A DNA stretch of 58,236 nt, the filler included, from Asterionella formosa (taxonomy: Eukaryota): the NCBI GenBank assembly GCA_002256025.1. It is 7 parts of 7 records of this genome, joined end to end, with 100 filler letters (N's around TTAATTAATTAA, not from the genome) between each part and the next. Parts side by side here need not be neighbours in the genome. Positions count along the whole stretch, not along the records: positions 33,379 to 41,610 come from NKIB01012296.1; positions 41,711 to 49,925 come from NKIB01012297.1; 5 more parts are not named here. One strand, 5' to 3'. The notes beneath the pieces were generated by a model, which saw only the letters and a list, made by a program, of their open reading frames with translations, ran no database searches and was not told the origin of the DNA. Of this stretch, positions 33,379 to 46,100 are shown piece after piece. The number at the start of each line of letters is the position of its first letter. Within the stretch, counting starts at the first letter, position 1. The translations under genes were made by a program, and so were the position numbers.

Positions 33379-34510
33379 CGACATGCATTGGCACAAATTG
33401 GAGATATCTTCTTTACAAAGTATAAGATTTTTCCAACCATGGATCTGTATTCACTATGTAGAACAGTGTGGGCATCATTCTTGGACAAACTTGTACCTGG
33501 CAATCCGGGAGTTGGTGCAATTGCGGGATAACGTCCAAAGAGATTCTTATAGTCTTCAAACATTCCTTCAACGAAATCCTTCATAGTAGATTCAAGAAAT
33601 CTTCCATCAGCATCCTCTCCCCAGTCATACCAAACTCCTAAATGTTTCTTGATTGGTCCGAGTTCCTTTATGGTGAAATGCTTCTTGGCTTCAGCCTTAA
33701 GCCAGTCAACATCGGCTTGTTCTCCTGCAACAATGCAGTCATCAACATAGATACAAACAATTAGAACCAATTTCAAATCACGTTTCAAGAAGAAAATGCA
33801 TGGATCCACTTTGCTCTGTTTCATTCCAATGAGAATCAGACGCTCCACAAGTTTCTTGTACCACTGTCGCGCAGCCTGCACCGTTCCATACATGGCTTTA
33901 CTTAGAAGAATACAATTTTCTGAGACAACCTTGTTGTCTTCAAAGCCAAACTCAACAACGCCTTCAGGCCATTCAAGGTAGATGTCTTCCTCTAAGTCTC
34001 CTTCAAGAAAGGATGCTTCGACGTCAATGACCTCCAAAGTCCATGTCTTCTTGTGCATGGTGATTGCAAAGACAACTCTGATACTTGTATCCGTAGCCAC
34101 AGGTGCAAACGAGTCGGTAAAATCAACACCGGGGATTTGAACATATCCCTTGACGACCACACGTGCCTTATAGCGTGTAGTCAAGTCTTGTTCCTTCTTT
34201 TTCTTGAAGACCCATCGACTCCCAAGCGGCTTCTTGTGTCCAGCATGCAATTCTGATCTTGGGAATTTTGACCCGACTTTTCGTTTTATAAAATTATTAA
34301 TTTCACTTTTGATTGCTGGAATCTATTTTTCTCTGTCATCTGCTTTCAGTGCTGCACTGTAGGTCTTGGGTTCACCTGGATCTGATGCAAGTGTAGAGCT
34401 ATAGATGTAATGAACCTCCATGGATGAAGTAGGCTTAGAATCCAGATCATCATCATCATCTACAATAGTATGCAATCTTCCAGAACGTAGTGTAGACATC
34501 GTTGGAGCAG
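33379..34510 (-). mobile_element. Ty1/copia (CoDi-like) LTR retrotransposon reverse transcriptase fragment, inactivated
   Basis: SDPGEPKTY, RWVFKKK, YKARVVVKGYVQIPGVDF, MYGTVQAARQW and IYVDD; in-frame TAG at 34323-34325; runs off the contig. Confidence 0.92.
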
Positions 34511-35101
34511 TTTCATGACCAAGTTTCTTGAGCTCTCGTTCAGCTCTTGTAATATACACCATCATAGACTCTAGAATAAATTTTTGTTCAGCCAATTATA
34601 TACCATAAATGCAGCTGCTGCATCATAAAATTGAAACCGCCGCCTTGGTAGCACAGTCATTTTGTGAAACACTACGTATGTATAATACATATGAATCCGT
34701 AGTAACAACGACAAGGATGCTATGTATAGCTTCCTAATTCTGGAGCACTGTATGCACAAAGGGTGGTGGGTCTATACGTACATCAATATCAGTATGAATA
34801 TTTATGTCAAAATTGCGTGCAGTGATACCGGTATATATACAAATATTAAAAATAAACTTCAGCACATTTTATTTTTTAATAATGATTATTTTTTAATTTT
34901 TTATTATGGGCTGACCCAAAGGCAGCATCGTGTATATGTATAGTACCTGGTACCTGGTATGTATGCCATATACCGTACCGTTGATGAAATATCAAATGCC
35001 AGTACGACAAGTCCTTCGTAGTCCTCATTATTAACCTCTTACTGGTTTATTCGACTGTCTTTTACTGATCTATTGAAAAAAGCTATTGAAAGAAAAAAAT
35101 C

Positions 35102-38100
35102 ATGGCGCATCCGCAACCAGCACATCCTAGTTCCAATCGACGGCAATCCTACAAGGTACCAAGTACAGCCGATAGAATGCGAGAATCGAACGCGTGTGGA
35201 CAAGGGCCATCAATCCAAATAAGCAATGGATTCCCACATCGATCATCAGCTGCGATTGGTCCGAAGTCGATTGAAGACGGACCAATGAGGCGTCACAGTG
35301 ATATCAGTGGTGTGAGACCAAGACCGACTCCTCTGCCCAAAGGTTTGAACGGAGATGAAGGGGGGTATTGCGGACACGAGAAAATGCCTCAAGCTGCAAC
35401 AAGGAAATCTGCTCCTACAAGCAATACTTCTGCCGTATCCACTACAAGCATCAGCAGAAATTATGCATTGCCAACCTCGGATTCTGTACATGTGGCAGTG
35501 AGGCCACTACCCATGGCTGGAAGACAACCCTACAATATAAGATCTCGGCCGGCCGGGCCGGCAGAAGTTGTTTCCAGTCGACCGGCATCAGGACTAGATA
35601 TAGAACGAAATGTCAAGATATCGACTGTCTTTGATTTATTCATTGATCTACCGCACCCAGCCGCATCCAAAAATTCTGCTCCAGCATATATGATTGAGCC
35701 TCCAGAATTCTACAGTCAACCTATTCTCGCGGAAATGTATGAACCGGCACTAATTTCTCGACTTGCTCGCTATGCGTTTCCAGAGCATAGCGATCACAAA
35801 CACAGTAAGTGTACTTTACAGATGTAAGGATCTTTTTGTTTTGTTTTTATATTAAGTACTGAAGATTATATGATTCTAATGCGTTTATTTGTTTTTCAAG
35901 CCATGAACGTACGTACAAAGCCAGTTTTGCATAAGTTAGGAAAAGGCTTGGAGGGAAGGGACAAGAATACCCATTTGAATAATTTGGACATCTATGTGCT
36001 GGGGTACAGGTCATCTCATCACACATTCGCGTTAGACTTATCAGATGGCATTACGAAGCTACATGGTCATGTCTTGCGATACCTTCCCGTCCATTACGAG
36101 GCTAAAACAAGAGCTGACGTCGGACGACGGGGAGTTCGGGCGATGATCATATTAACAAGAGCTTCTGGAGGGGATAAGTTTTATACTGCGATTCTCAAGT
36201 AAGTGTTTTGTTAAGCCGTACAAGTACGAAAAGGAAATGTAATAAGAATTTTTTCTCACACAACCATTAATGTAGGTCGATCGAAGCTGCTGTACTCCAC
36301 GGGAATTCTCTGGCGGAAGCTGGAGATGTTGAGGATTGCGGTCGAGAAAAAGCAATGCGTTTGCTGCATGGTTTGTACCGACGGCACTACAAGAAAATTT
36401 TAAAAGCAACTTTCCTGCTGACCAAAGCAGGGAAAGGTGGACCTCCTCTAGACTCTGAAGATCTCGACGATACATATCTGACCATGCCAGCTGTGGAATA
36501 CGATGTCAAACCAGGAGCGTATATTCAAGATCGATCATTGCTTGGAGACTTTATCAAGCTTCAGCTTCCTTCCTCACTTCAAGCTGGTTTTCAAATGCGC
36601 ATAACTCCTGACAACATTGATGCTCCCGTGCTTCCTCTGTTGCGGAGCCTAGGACCTGAAAATACCCTGCGATTAATTTCGGCAATGATGTGCGAACGAA
36701 AGATCATACTGGTGTCCGAAGACGCAGATCATCTTTCCACTTGTGTTCGTGGAGCTTCATCCTTGCTTGCCCAAGGTCATCTCGAATGGCAGTACAATCT
36801 AACGCCAGTGCTTCCTCCGCATATGTTGAGCTGTTTGAAAGTAAAGAAACCCTATCTTATCGGTCTGTTGGACGACCACGTCGACGACCTTGAGTCATTG
36901 TGGAATCTAACAGATGTCCTGTGTATTCACTTGGATAGAAATTTGATCCGGATATTTGGCATGGCAAATCCCGCAAAGATGATTCCCGATATTATGTCAA
37001 AGGATTCACAGCATTCTGGGACTGGTGTTTTGTTAAATGATATGGAACAAATTCTCAAAGCCGAAAAACGAATCTGGGGAGAATCAGAAGTGAAACCGTC
37101 TGAGAAGGAGAATGCTGTGAGTGCAGTGCCCACGGAGCTGAAACTCGCGAAGAAGAAGAAGGGAAAGGGTGACTTAGGAAGGATTGAAACTGATATCGCA
37201 TTGCTTTTTGGTAAAGTTATGAGAGGAGATGTTCTTGGTCAGGATGATGATACTGTTGAATCTTCCATCGATGAATTAAATGAGCATGCTAGACTTGATA
37301 GGACTAGTGGCCATATGCCTCGAACGATCAAGCGATCCAGCCATGATAATCGAAAGTTAACAATATTCGATATCTGCGAGAATGAGAGGGGAGAGGAAGG
37401 GCTTCGAGCTGCACTGGCATTTTTCTTTCTCGTCACTCATGGGGATTTGGGAACCATGCTTACGGAACACAAAGGGGGCTTTTTGCTCGACCGCAAGAAG
37501 TTCCTTTTGACAAAAAAACTGGCAGGAATTAAAGAAGACTGTCCCATGTTTGCATTTTACAGAGAGTTTAGTGGAACAGCAATGCTGCAGCAACACTTGG
37601 GACAGAGAATAGAAGATTTTGAACGAGGTGGCAGCCTTGTTTTGCCACGGCACAGATCACTTTTTTCTTTGTGTGAAAGGCATCTTCGCACCAAAAAGGT
37701 TGAATTCGCATTCCCAAACATCAGAAAGCTAATCTCAACGACTACATTGCATACACCAATTCACGCGATTGTCGAACAAAGTGAAATTGCAAGGGCTCGT
37801 GCTTTGACATTGACTTCTGCTCAGCCCATTGACGGCGATATATATACTGCGCTCTCCTCCTTGATGCATGATTGCCATCACTGTGACATAACATTGCCTC
37901 AAACAATTGCAGTTGTTTGGTCCAGATTGGATGATCGACGACCAAATGGATGGAAGCACCCTTTACTTGGTTTACACCTTTTGAAAAATATACTTCTGCA
38001 TGGTGTAAGTTGCATTATATCAGAGGTTTGGAGTTATCCATATCAGACCTTGCCCTAACTCTCGTCTATGTTTTTATTAGCCTATCACTGCTATATCATA

Positions 38101-38470
38101 TGCAATGGATGGCACCGATAAAGTCAGGAGACTTCGATTCTATTCAATGGCGAAGAGCAGTGAAAACAACAAAGAAGTACAAGACTCAGCTCAATTTGTA
38201 TGGAGCTTGATGATGGACCGCCCTAGACTGCTTCTCAGGCGTCAGCAAGTCGTATCAGGAAGAGCAAAGCTGAAAGAAATCCCACAGAGCATACAATGGG
38301 AAAACTATCTCATCAAGAAAGTCCCATTCAATACACCCTTCAGAGAGTACCACACATTGTTGCGTCCAAAGGAAACAGTCACTCCATCTTTTATGAAACA
38401 GGGCAGAACTCAAGTAGGGGGACAAGATCTGTGTCGAATGGAGATTCTGAAAATGAAATTTTCGCACTAA
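35102..38470 (+). CDS. DENN-domain protein (Rab GEF-like) with C-terminal ENTH/VHS-like region; exons 35102-35804, 35901-36198, 36276-38004, 38081-38470
   Basis: LARYAFPE, LHGHVLRY, LLRSLGPENTLRLISAMMCERKIILVS and PVLPP..KPYLIGL (DENN); VWSRLDD..WKH.LLGL.LLKNILLHG|P (ENTH-like); three in-frame GT-AG introns; 3' end uncertain. Confidence 0.82.
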
Positions 38471-39439
38471 ATCGGAGTGAAAAAGAGATTCTTCCTACCA
38501 AATATCGAAGCATATCAGGGCATCCAGATGTTATTAATGGAGGCAGAACCATGACCAAACAAAACCACAGTGGATGACCTTCGAAACAGGTCCTATCTAG
38601 CAGAGAATCATTGGAAGCCCGACCCTTTGACCAAAATTTGATACAAAGGTCAGGCGATGGAAGCAAGGCATTGTTGAGTCAACCATCAATACGAACTCGT
38701 CCACCTGGTCAAGAAAGAAATGCAACAAAGCAGGAGCAATCTGCAATGAGTCAACCTTCAATACGTTTTCATACACTTGGTCAAGAAAGACATGCCATTG
38801 AGCCTGAGCAATCATCGCATCGGGACACATTGGTCAATGGTGAATACCAACACAATGGCGCATCAACATTAGCCAATCATCCACAATACAAACAAAGAGT
38901 GCAGTTATTGTATGAACATTCCAGAGAGGACCATAGTTGCTAATGCAACCGTTTCAGGTTGGAAATCACATTAAATGGGAACTCCAACATGATGTACTGC
39001 AAGGATGACTTGTCATCAAGGTGTTTTAAACATGTTCTATCCAATATCTATGCTGTACAACTGAAATTGTTTCAATGTAAACCTCAATTTTTCAATCTTA
39101 TAGTTGTTCACACTCTCTTTGATTTATTGGCAAATTTTTTGCTGCAATGTGATGTTCCACTCTTTTCCTTCTTGGCATTTCACAATCAGGGTTTCTATCA
39201 CAGGCCTATTGTTTGTTTTCTGACTCTCATTTGATGGTGATGTTTCTGCCAATTAAGATATGAAATCCAATGTCTGGTGAGATTGCTTTGTTCTCCACTT
39301 TGAATTCTTTCTTCTCACAATTGATCCTGCAATGCCTGGCGAACATGGCTCACTTTCTGCACCATCCTCAACCTTGACCACCTCCTTTCAGACCTCCCCA
39401 ATAAAATTCCCGTATTGCAAATTTTCGCCCACCAATATT

Positions 39440-40285
39440 GTCATGGCATCATTGCCTCATCGCAATGATTGGTCTGGGCTCAAATGGTGGAGGATGCCAT
39501 GCCTCATGTTGTACAGATGTATGCCAGCTTGGGGACCCAAGACCCTTGCATCAACAATTTTGGTTCCTTAGATTTTTGTCTCCTTCAACAACAAAAATCC
39601 TACTCAAAACGGGATTCACCCCCCACACAACAAGTGAAACCAATCCCCCTTCTCCTCCATGCATACAACATAGCCCAACACACAGGTCTGCCTTCCCCTT
39701 GTGCCACCATTGCATATTTTTTACTTATCCAACCTAGGGGTTATACCGGCCTCCCCCATCCAGATTTAAATCAATGCCAGCTGTTTGTCTGCAGGATATT
39801 CAACTTTGGCTTGGCCACCACCAGTTAGCTGGCCTTGCTTCACCTCTCCCAGATCTCAGCCATGCCACTTTTGTGGCTTTTACATTCACAAAACCGAAAA
39901 AGCTGGGTATCTCACAAAGTCATCAGCCACTAATGCAGTGGCCACCCTTTTGCCTACCCTGTCCTGGCTGTATGTTGTTGGCTTACCCACCACTGCCTTC
40001 ACCATGCCACCCCCATGGTCTTACTGAATGCCATTGCCACCCAAGCCTGCACCATCTATATCCTGTCTTCTCACATCACTGTTGCCCTTTATGCATCCGC
40101 TACTGTCCTTGGACCCTCCTGAGGTTTTCTCCCCTCCGATGAGACTATGTGATCTTTACATGCTGAAGGTGCCATGGCCCTCCTCAGCACCCATGTAGAC
40201 ACAGACCATATTTGACTGGTTGGCCACTGGCATTCTGAAATTTTTTCTGCTGCCTCCACCTCCAAGGATAACCCATCATAGTTAG
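39440..40285 (+). mobile_element. Degenerate tyrosine recombinase of a DIRS/Ngaro retrotransposon
   Basis: QMYASLGTQDP..NNFGSLDF..QQKSYSKRDSPPTQQVKPIP, and *SLHAEGAMALLSTHVDTDHI*LVGHWHSE resembling RSLRAGGAMALL..VD.D.IRL.GRWRSD. Confidence 0.75.
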
Positions 40286-40687
40286 CAAATTTGGAAAGGA
40301 ATCTATGTACATATGCGTAATTTCCACTGATTTAAATATTCAAATGGAATCATGTCATTCAAAATTAGCTCATAAAAATTCTTAGGTACAGGGAATTTTG
40401 GCAACCCTAAGCAATATCTTAATTTTCGCCTTGAGGTTCAAATGCAGGAACTTAAAACCTTGGGACATAAAATGACGAACAAGGCCAGCATGCTCGTCAA
40501 TTGAATAATTGGAATCCCTTTTTGGCTGATATTGGCATCATACTAGGGGTCTGCAAACATGTAAGAAAGTCAGTTAATTTAATTTTATTCTCATGGTCAG
40601 GACAGCTGGGCAAAGGAGAACAAGGGTGGATTTTTGAGAGACTTGATATATCCCTTCCATAATGTATGTTGCAAAGTTTGAATTGGT

Positions 40688-41610
40688 TCAGGTAAGCTCC
40701 ATGTCATGTGAAAAGGTGTTCTTGTCACTCCTCATCGCAGTATGATGACCTCCACTGCTTTGGTCTCCACCACAGACCATTCTGCAAGGGAAACAGACAA
40801 CCTTGAAAATGAAAGCAAAGCACGAAACGGCAAGACGGCACAGGCTGTGTGATGAGTAGCAATGTGATGAGGTGTAAGTTGTATGGAATAACCATTTCAC
40901 AGTGTTTTACTCCATAAACTTTGAAGAAATTGAAAATCACTTAATGTAACTTACCTTGCACAAAACCCGTCAGGATTGTTCATAGTTTGCTGTGCTGTGC
41001 ACACCATTAACAATGCCATAATTCCAATAGTAGAACCGATTGCAATCATAACATTTGGATCGTGCAACATTTGATCTGGAGTTTCTGTCTGCGTATCAAC
41101 CCACTCAGTTTCTAATGTGGTTTCCTTGACTGGATCATCATCAGGAGGGACATAAGCATTTTGAGCATTTCCAGCCATTTGTGGTGCTAGGGTAGCCGGT
41201 ACTGGAGCGGTGGTAGCTACTGGCACTGGAGCAGTAGTCACCGCTGGAACAGGAGCGGTAGTAGCTGCTGGCACTGGAGGGTTTGTGGGAGCTGGCACTG
41301 GAGCAGTAGTTGCTGCTGACACTGGAGGGTTTGTGGGTGCTAGTACCGGAGCGGTGGTTGCTGCCGGCACTGGAGGGTTTGTGGGTGCTGGCACTGGAGG
41401 AGTTGTCGCCGCTGGTACTGGAGCTGTAGTTGCTGCTGGCACTGGAGGGTTCGTGGGTGCTGGTATTGGAGGGTTTGTGGGAGCTGGTATTGGAGGGTTT
41501 GTGGGTGCTGGCACTGGAGGAGTAGTTGCCGCTGGCACTGTAGGGTTCGAGGGTGCTGGCACTGGAACGGCTGTCACATCAGCAAGTACCCGAAGACCAC
41601 TGGTAGCGGC
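40688..41610 (-). CDS. Pro/Thr/Ala-repeat (mucin-like) single-pass membrane protein, 5'-partial; exons 41610-40955 and 40844-40688
   Basis: 24-bp repeats encoding PVPAATTA/PVPAPTNP, TM segment VMIAIGSTIGIMALLMVC, GT-AG intron 40954-40845 giving DGFCASLCRLAVSC..CFPCRMVC. Confidence 0.8.
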
Positions 41611-41710
41611 NNNNNNNNNNNNNNNNNNNNNNNNNNNNNNNNNNNNNNNNNNNNTTAATTAATTAANNNNNNNNNNNNNNNNNNNNNNNNNNNNNNNNNN
41701 NNNNNNNNNN
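41611..41710. other. Artificial contig linker
   Basis: N44-TTAATTAATTAA-N44. Confidence 0.98.
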
Positions 41711-42707
41711 CACACATGTCGATGATTGTGCAATTGCTGGAAAGCCAAATGATATTAAATGGTTCAAAAATGAAATCAAGAAACACTTTACAATTAAGGA
41801 GCTTGGCCCTTTGAAGAAGCATTTGGGAGTGTGGTAAGATTGGGGCCAAGATAAAGTGGGACGCTACTTGGAGTCGAGCATGGAGGATTTTGTGCATGTT
41901 ATGCTCCAAGATTATCATGATATTTTTGGAAAGTATCCAAGAGATGCATCAACCCCAGCATTTCCAGGAATTGTTCTCAGAATGAATCCAGACAAAGTGA
42001 CTCTCCATAAAGAATATCGTTCAATGGTTGGAAAATTGTTGTATTTTGTGAAGAAAGTTGGACCAATATGCGCAAATGCATGTCGTGAACTTTCTCAACA
42101 TTTAGAGAATCCAGGTGATGCCCATTGGAGTTCTGTTGAACGTTTGTTAGGTTTCATTGCAACTGATGAAAGGAACAGAAAATTAAAAATGAGACCACCA
42201 CAGGAATTACGAGTTCAAGACGTGGTAGACAGCTCATTTGGGGACAATCCAGATACAAGGAAATCGACAAGTGCATATTTGGGTACGATTGTTGGTGCAT
42301 CGCTAGTGAATTGGATTTCGAAAGGACAGAAGATTGTTACTGTTTCCAGCACTGAAGCAGAGTATGTGGCTCTATCAGATGGATCAAAGGAAACTACTTT
42401 TATAATGAATCTACTCAATGAAGTTGAATACGTGGAAATGCCCAGTATCATTGCAGAAGACAATACAGGTGCGATTTTTCTATCAAAGAATCAGCAGGTT
42501 GGTTCACGAACTAAGCACATTGATGTGAGATATCATTTCATTCGAGAAAAGGTGAAGGCTGGGGATATTAGAGTTGACTATATGAATACTTTAAAGAATC
42601 CTGCAGACCTACTTTCAAAGAATGTCACTCAGAAAATTCATGACACTCATGCAACCCACATTATGAATGGGACCATGGATTGTTGGTTTCGAGATCAGGG
42701 AGGGTGA
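41711..42707 (+). mobile_element. Ty1/copia (CoDi-like) pol 3' end (RT end + RNase H), inactivated
   Basis: YRSMVGKLLY, DSSFGDNPDTRKS, SSTEAEYVA, EDNTGAIFL, RTKHIDVRYHFIRE and NPADLLSKN; in-frame TAA near 41834. Confidence 0.93.
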
Positions 42708-43141
42708 TAAGATATATGGAATCCAACGAATCGAGAATCAATATTCTTAGTAGTGATTAGAAACCAAGACCCAAAACATTTCGACATTTATTGACAAATG
42801 ACTGGAGATGTTTACTTATTGACAAATGACTGGAGATGTTACTTATTGACAAGTGAATCAGATGCTCACTTATTGTCAAAAGAATAAGTGCTGCTCACTT
42901 ATTGTCAAATGAATATGCTCACTTATTGTCAAAGTAAGCAAGATCATTTTGACGGGATCAAGGAAAGTGTGAGAAGTCTTGTTCGGGATTACATGAGTAA
43001 TCAGGCAGGAACAAGACTAGATAGACTATTAACAGAAAGCTCACAATATTACAAAGTGTAAAGTGAAAATAAGTTTTCAGCTTTAGAGATCTTAAAAGTA
43101 AGATCTGTGATATTTCAACTAGACAATTTAACACGTTATAA
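42705..43141 (+). repeat. 3' LTR of the copia element, preceded by polypurine tract AGGGAGGG (42697-42704)
   Basis: Starts TGATAA right after the PPT and ends AACACGTTATAA (imperfect TTATCA inverted end); internal TTATTG(A/T)CAA tandem repeats at 42788-42935. Confidence 0.7.
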
Positions 43142-46100
43142 AACGAACCTACAGGTCTAGAGACATGGTTACGGCCGATGAGAAATCAGGTGAGACTGTT
43201 CGACAATGGATGTGGCGGTTTCTAGTGGCCAGCTGAGTGGCGCCATGGACAAATGCATTTCGTTCGGTCCATTGGTCAGATGCATAAACACGGAAACATT
43301 TGAGAGCTGGACAGGTGCATTGGACAGAAGGGAAGGTGGTGTTGGGAAAGCATTGGGTGTGATAGATAGTCAAAGTATCTCCCCAGGCAAGGGGAAAATG
43401 ACCATGTAGTACTTGATTCCAGCCTATTTTGCTCTAAAAAATTGAAAGCTTTGTGAGCAGAACAGGCAAGGGAGTCGGTGGCAATGGGCTCTGATAGAGG
43501 CCAGATGGGGTCTTGTTCTCTCCCAGGTGATGTCATCTAATTAACATTTGAATAAAATCAAGAATGTATCAATAATGAAAAAACTTGAACTAAACTGGAA
43601 TTTTTGCGAAATATTCCCAATAGGATGTAGTAGAATGATTTAATGCAACAATGCTGAGATGAATCTAAATTGTAAAAATTGAAATATGTAGGAGCTTCCA
43701 CGCTCAAAGCATACAGTAGCTAGCGCCTGTTCTCGTTGGGATATTCGTGTTCCAAAAGACTTGTACCAACTATCGATAATCTTTCAGTTGCTTGGTGTTG
43801 ACATGAAATTTCATGGAGTAGAATGTACTTGAGGTTTTCATGGAACTGGTTGAACTTAGTTCGTCATCCTAAATAGTATTTGTACTTTGTCGCATCAAAC
43901 CACTACCAATTTCAGTCTTCAAATGAGCAGTAACAAATTTATATTCTTGGCGGCCAGGTAGCTTAGGTTCATACTTGCCTTGAGGAATTACGGAAATGGA
44001 CAGATCTGCTGAAAGGACAGAAGCAAGATCCCGAAGCGACAAGAAGGTGTTTTTGTCCGCTCCACATCCTTGCTCTTGAGGTCTCCGAGTTGAGTAACTG
44101 CTCGTCATGATGCCAATGGCAAGATTCTGAATAAACCAGAAATGAACTTTAGGGAAAGATCAACAAAATGATTTGAACAGGGCAGCAATGGAACCGAGTC
44201 GATGAATGATCGATTCTATTGCCGAGAATTGATTGTTTGGTCTGGAAGCAAATTGGTGATAAATATTATGAGCGTTCACTGATGCCAGAGATGTCATGAA
44301 ACGTGGTCAATTTTCAAGGAAAGAACAAGTCTATAAACTACGACATGCGGGATTCGACGCACAAGAAGGCTACCGAACGCAATAAATAACGCACACATTA
44401 ACAAGAACGTCATACAGCCTTCGTTCAAAAGAGTATCTGGCATTGTCAATTCGATCGGTTGTCATTGCTACAAAGAATTCATTGAAGAAGGCTACAGAAT
44501 GCGATGATATTAAGGGCGAAAATGTCATCCATGGACACACGATTAGTTATATCGTTGACATGAGAATCAAAAATGCCTGCATTTAAGTCTTTCCATTCAT
44601 TTGATTGGAGATTCAGAAATGAGGACAGCTGGAAAACAAAAAGGTGACGCTTTGCACTGTGTTTCGTTCTTCCCTCTACTGACACTAAGTACTGATGCCC
44701 GTATTGAGAACGATGTTTCAAGTGGGAATATCTGGGATGTGAAACTACGACATATTTACCATATGAACGACACTCGTGTTTTGTGGTTGGCGCATGAGGG
44801 GAACTGCGACAGAAGTACGACAAAGGTGCTATAACCGGCATTAGTCGTTCTGTAGATGCTACGCAGCTCCAGTATGTTCTGCACCAAAGCCATTCGTTCT
44901 GTCATGTCTGTGTGTATAAATATAACAGACCGGGATATTTTATTAATCCAGGAGCACTTGTCGTGTGTAAATAGGATTCAGGTGCCAGGTCACTTTACAT
45001 CATGTTTTGGCCTTCAGACTTGAGATTGTTGGTATGCTAATTCCCTAGATGTTCTCCCGATTTTGAGAATATGAGAAATGGTGTCTCGTTCATATACCTT
45101 GATACTGTTACTTTGTCAAGAATATAGAATTTCATGTAAGCATTTTTTTTAGCACCGACATCCCTGTAACCACTAGATGGATCCCTGAAAATGCTTAGTA
45201 CCAGAAATTCTATACTTTTACAAAAGTTATCTTTTCATCAAAACAAGTTTCTTTAATGCTGCATATGTTATGAATCGAAATTTGGGCTATAGCTATCATG
45301 TTCATTTGTTATTATCATTAGTATCTTGAAGCATCATTATGCGTCGGCCTCGTCTGGTGATTTTCGCACTGGCACAACACATGGTTCCTAGATTGCTGTG
45401 ATACGCTATCGACGAAGGTCAGCCAGAGTTAAATCGGGTTTGAAGGGATTATCATTTTGGCTGACCATGCTTGCATGGATGAAAGGATGAATTGTGTGAT
45501 GAAGTCTTCATCTTTTCAACTTGGCATGTGTTGGTTTAAAGAGAATTGGCTGATTGTTGATAGTTATTGCCACAACATCTTCAAATCCTCATGAATAACT
45601 AACAAACAGCAGCTGAGTTGTTTGAGATGCCGTATGGTGATCATTGTTGAAATACAATTTTCGATATACGGCTGAACGAGCAAAAAATCCAGGGCCAGCC
45701 AGCCAACATCTGGCAATACACAGGCAGGTGCAGGCCAGCAAGCAACAAGGAAAGCTTAGTTGCCTCATCTTATTCATTGTAAAAGTGAAATTGAGGGAAT
45801 GTTTTGGTGGAATCTTCACCGGTATGATAAAATGGGAAGACTACTAGTGGAATCACATTCAACGCACAATTGGCCAACCAAATGACGACAATCAACCTAA
45901 CAAACGCATTTGAATGAGCAGCAACGCGTAGAAACTCTTTAAATCTACTAGAAACATTAGAATTAATATGCATACTACATTTGATTTACTAGTACTTGTA
46001 GTTGGTAGAAATCTTTTCATTCTAGCTGTAATATTCCCTCATTCGGTGCAACCAACATGGTGAAGGTGATGCATTGGTTGCAGTTATTACGTAAACAACG

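Noticed and set aside
41210..41662. Gly/Ala/Val-rich plus-strand ORF
   Set aside because: Antisense shadow of the Pro/Thr repeat gene, which has the TM segment and a valid intron.
33379..42707. The two copia fragments as halves of one element
   Set aside because: They lie on different contigs and overlap in the same RT region with different sequences (KISPICANAC vs KVGPICANAC), so they are separate related copies.
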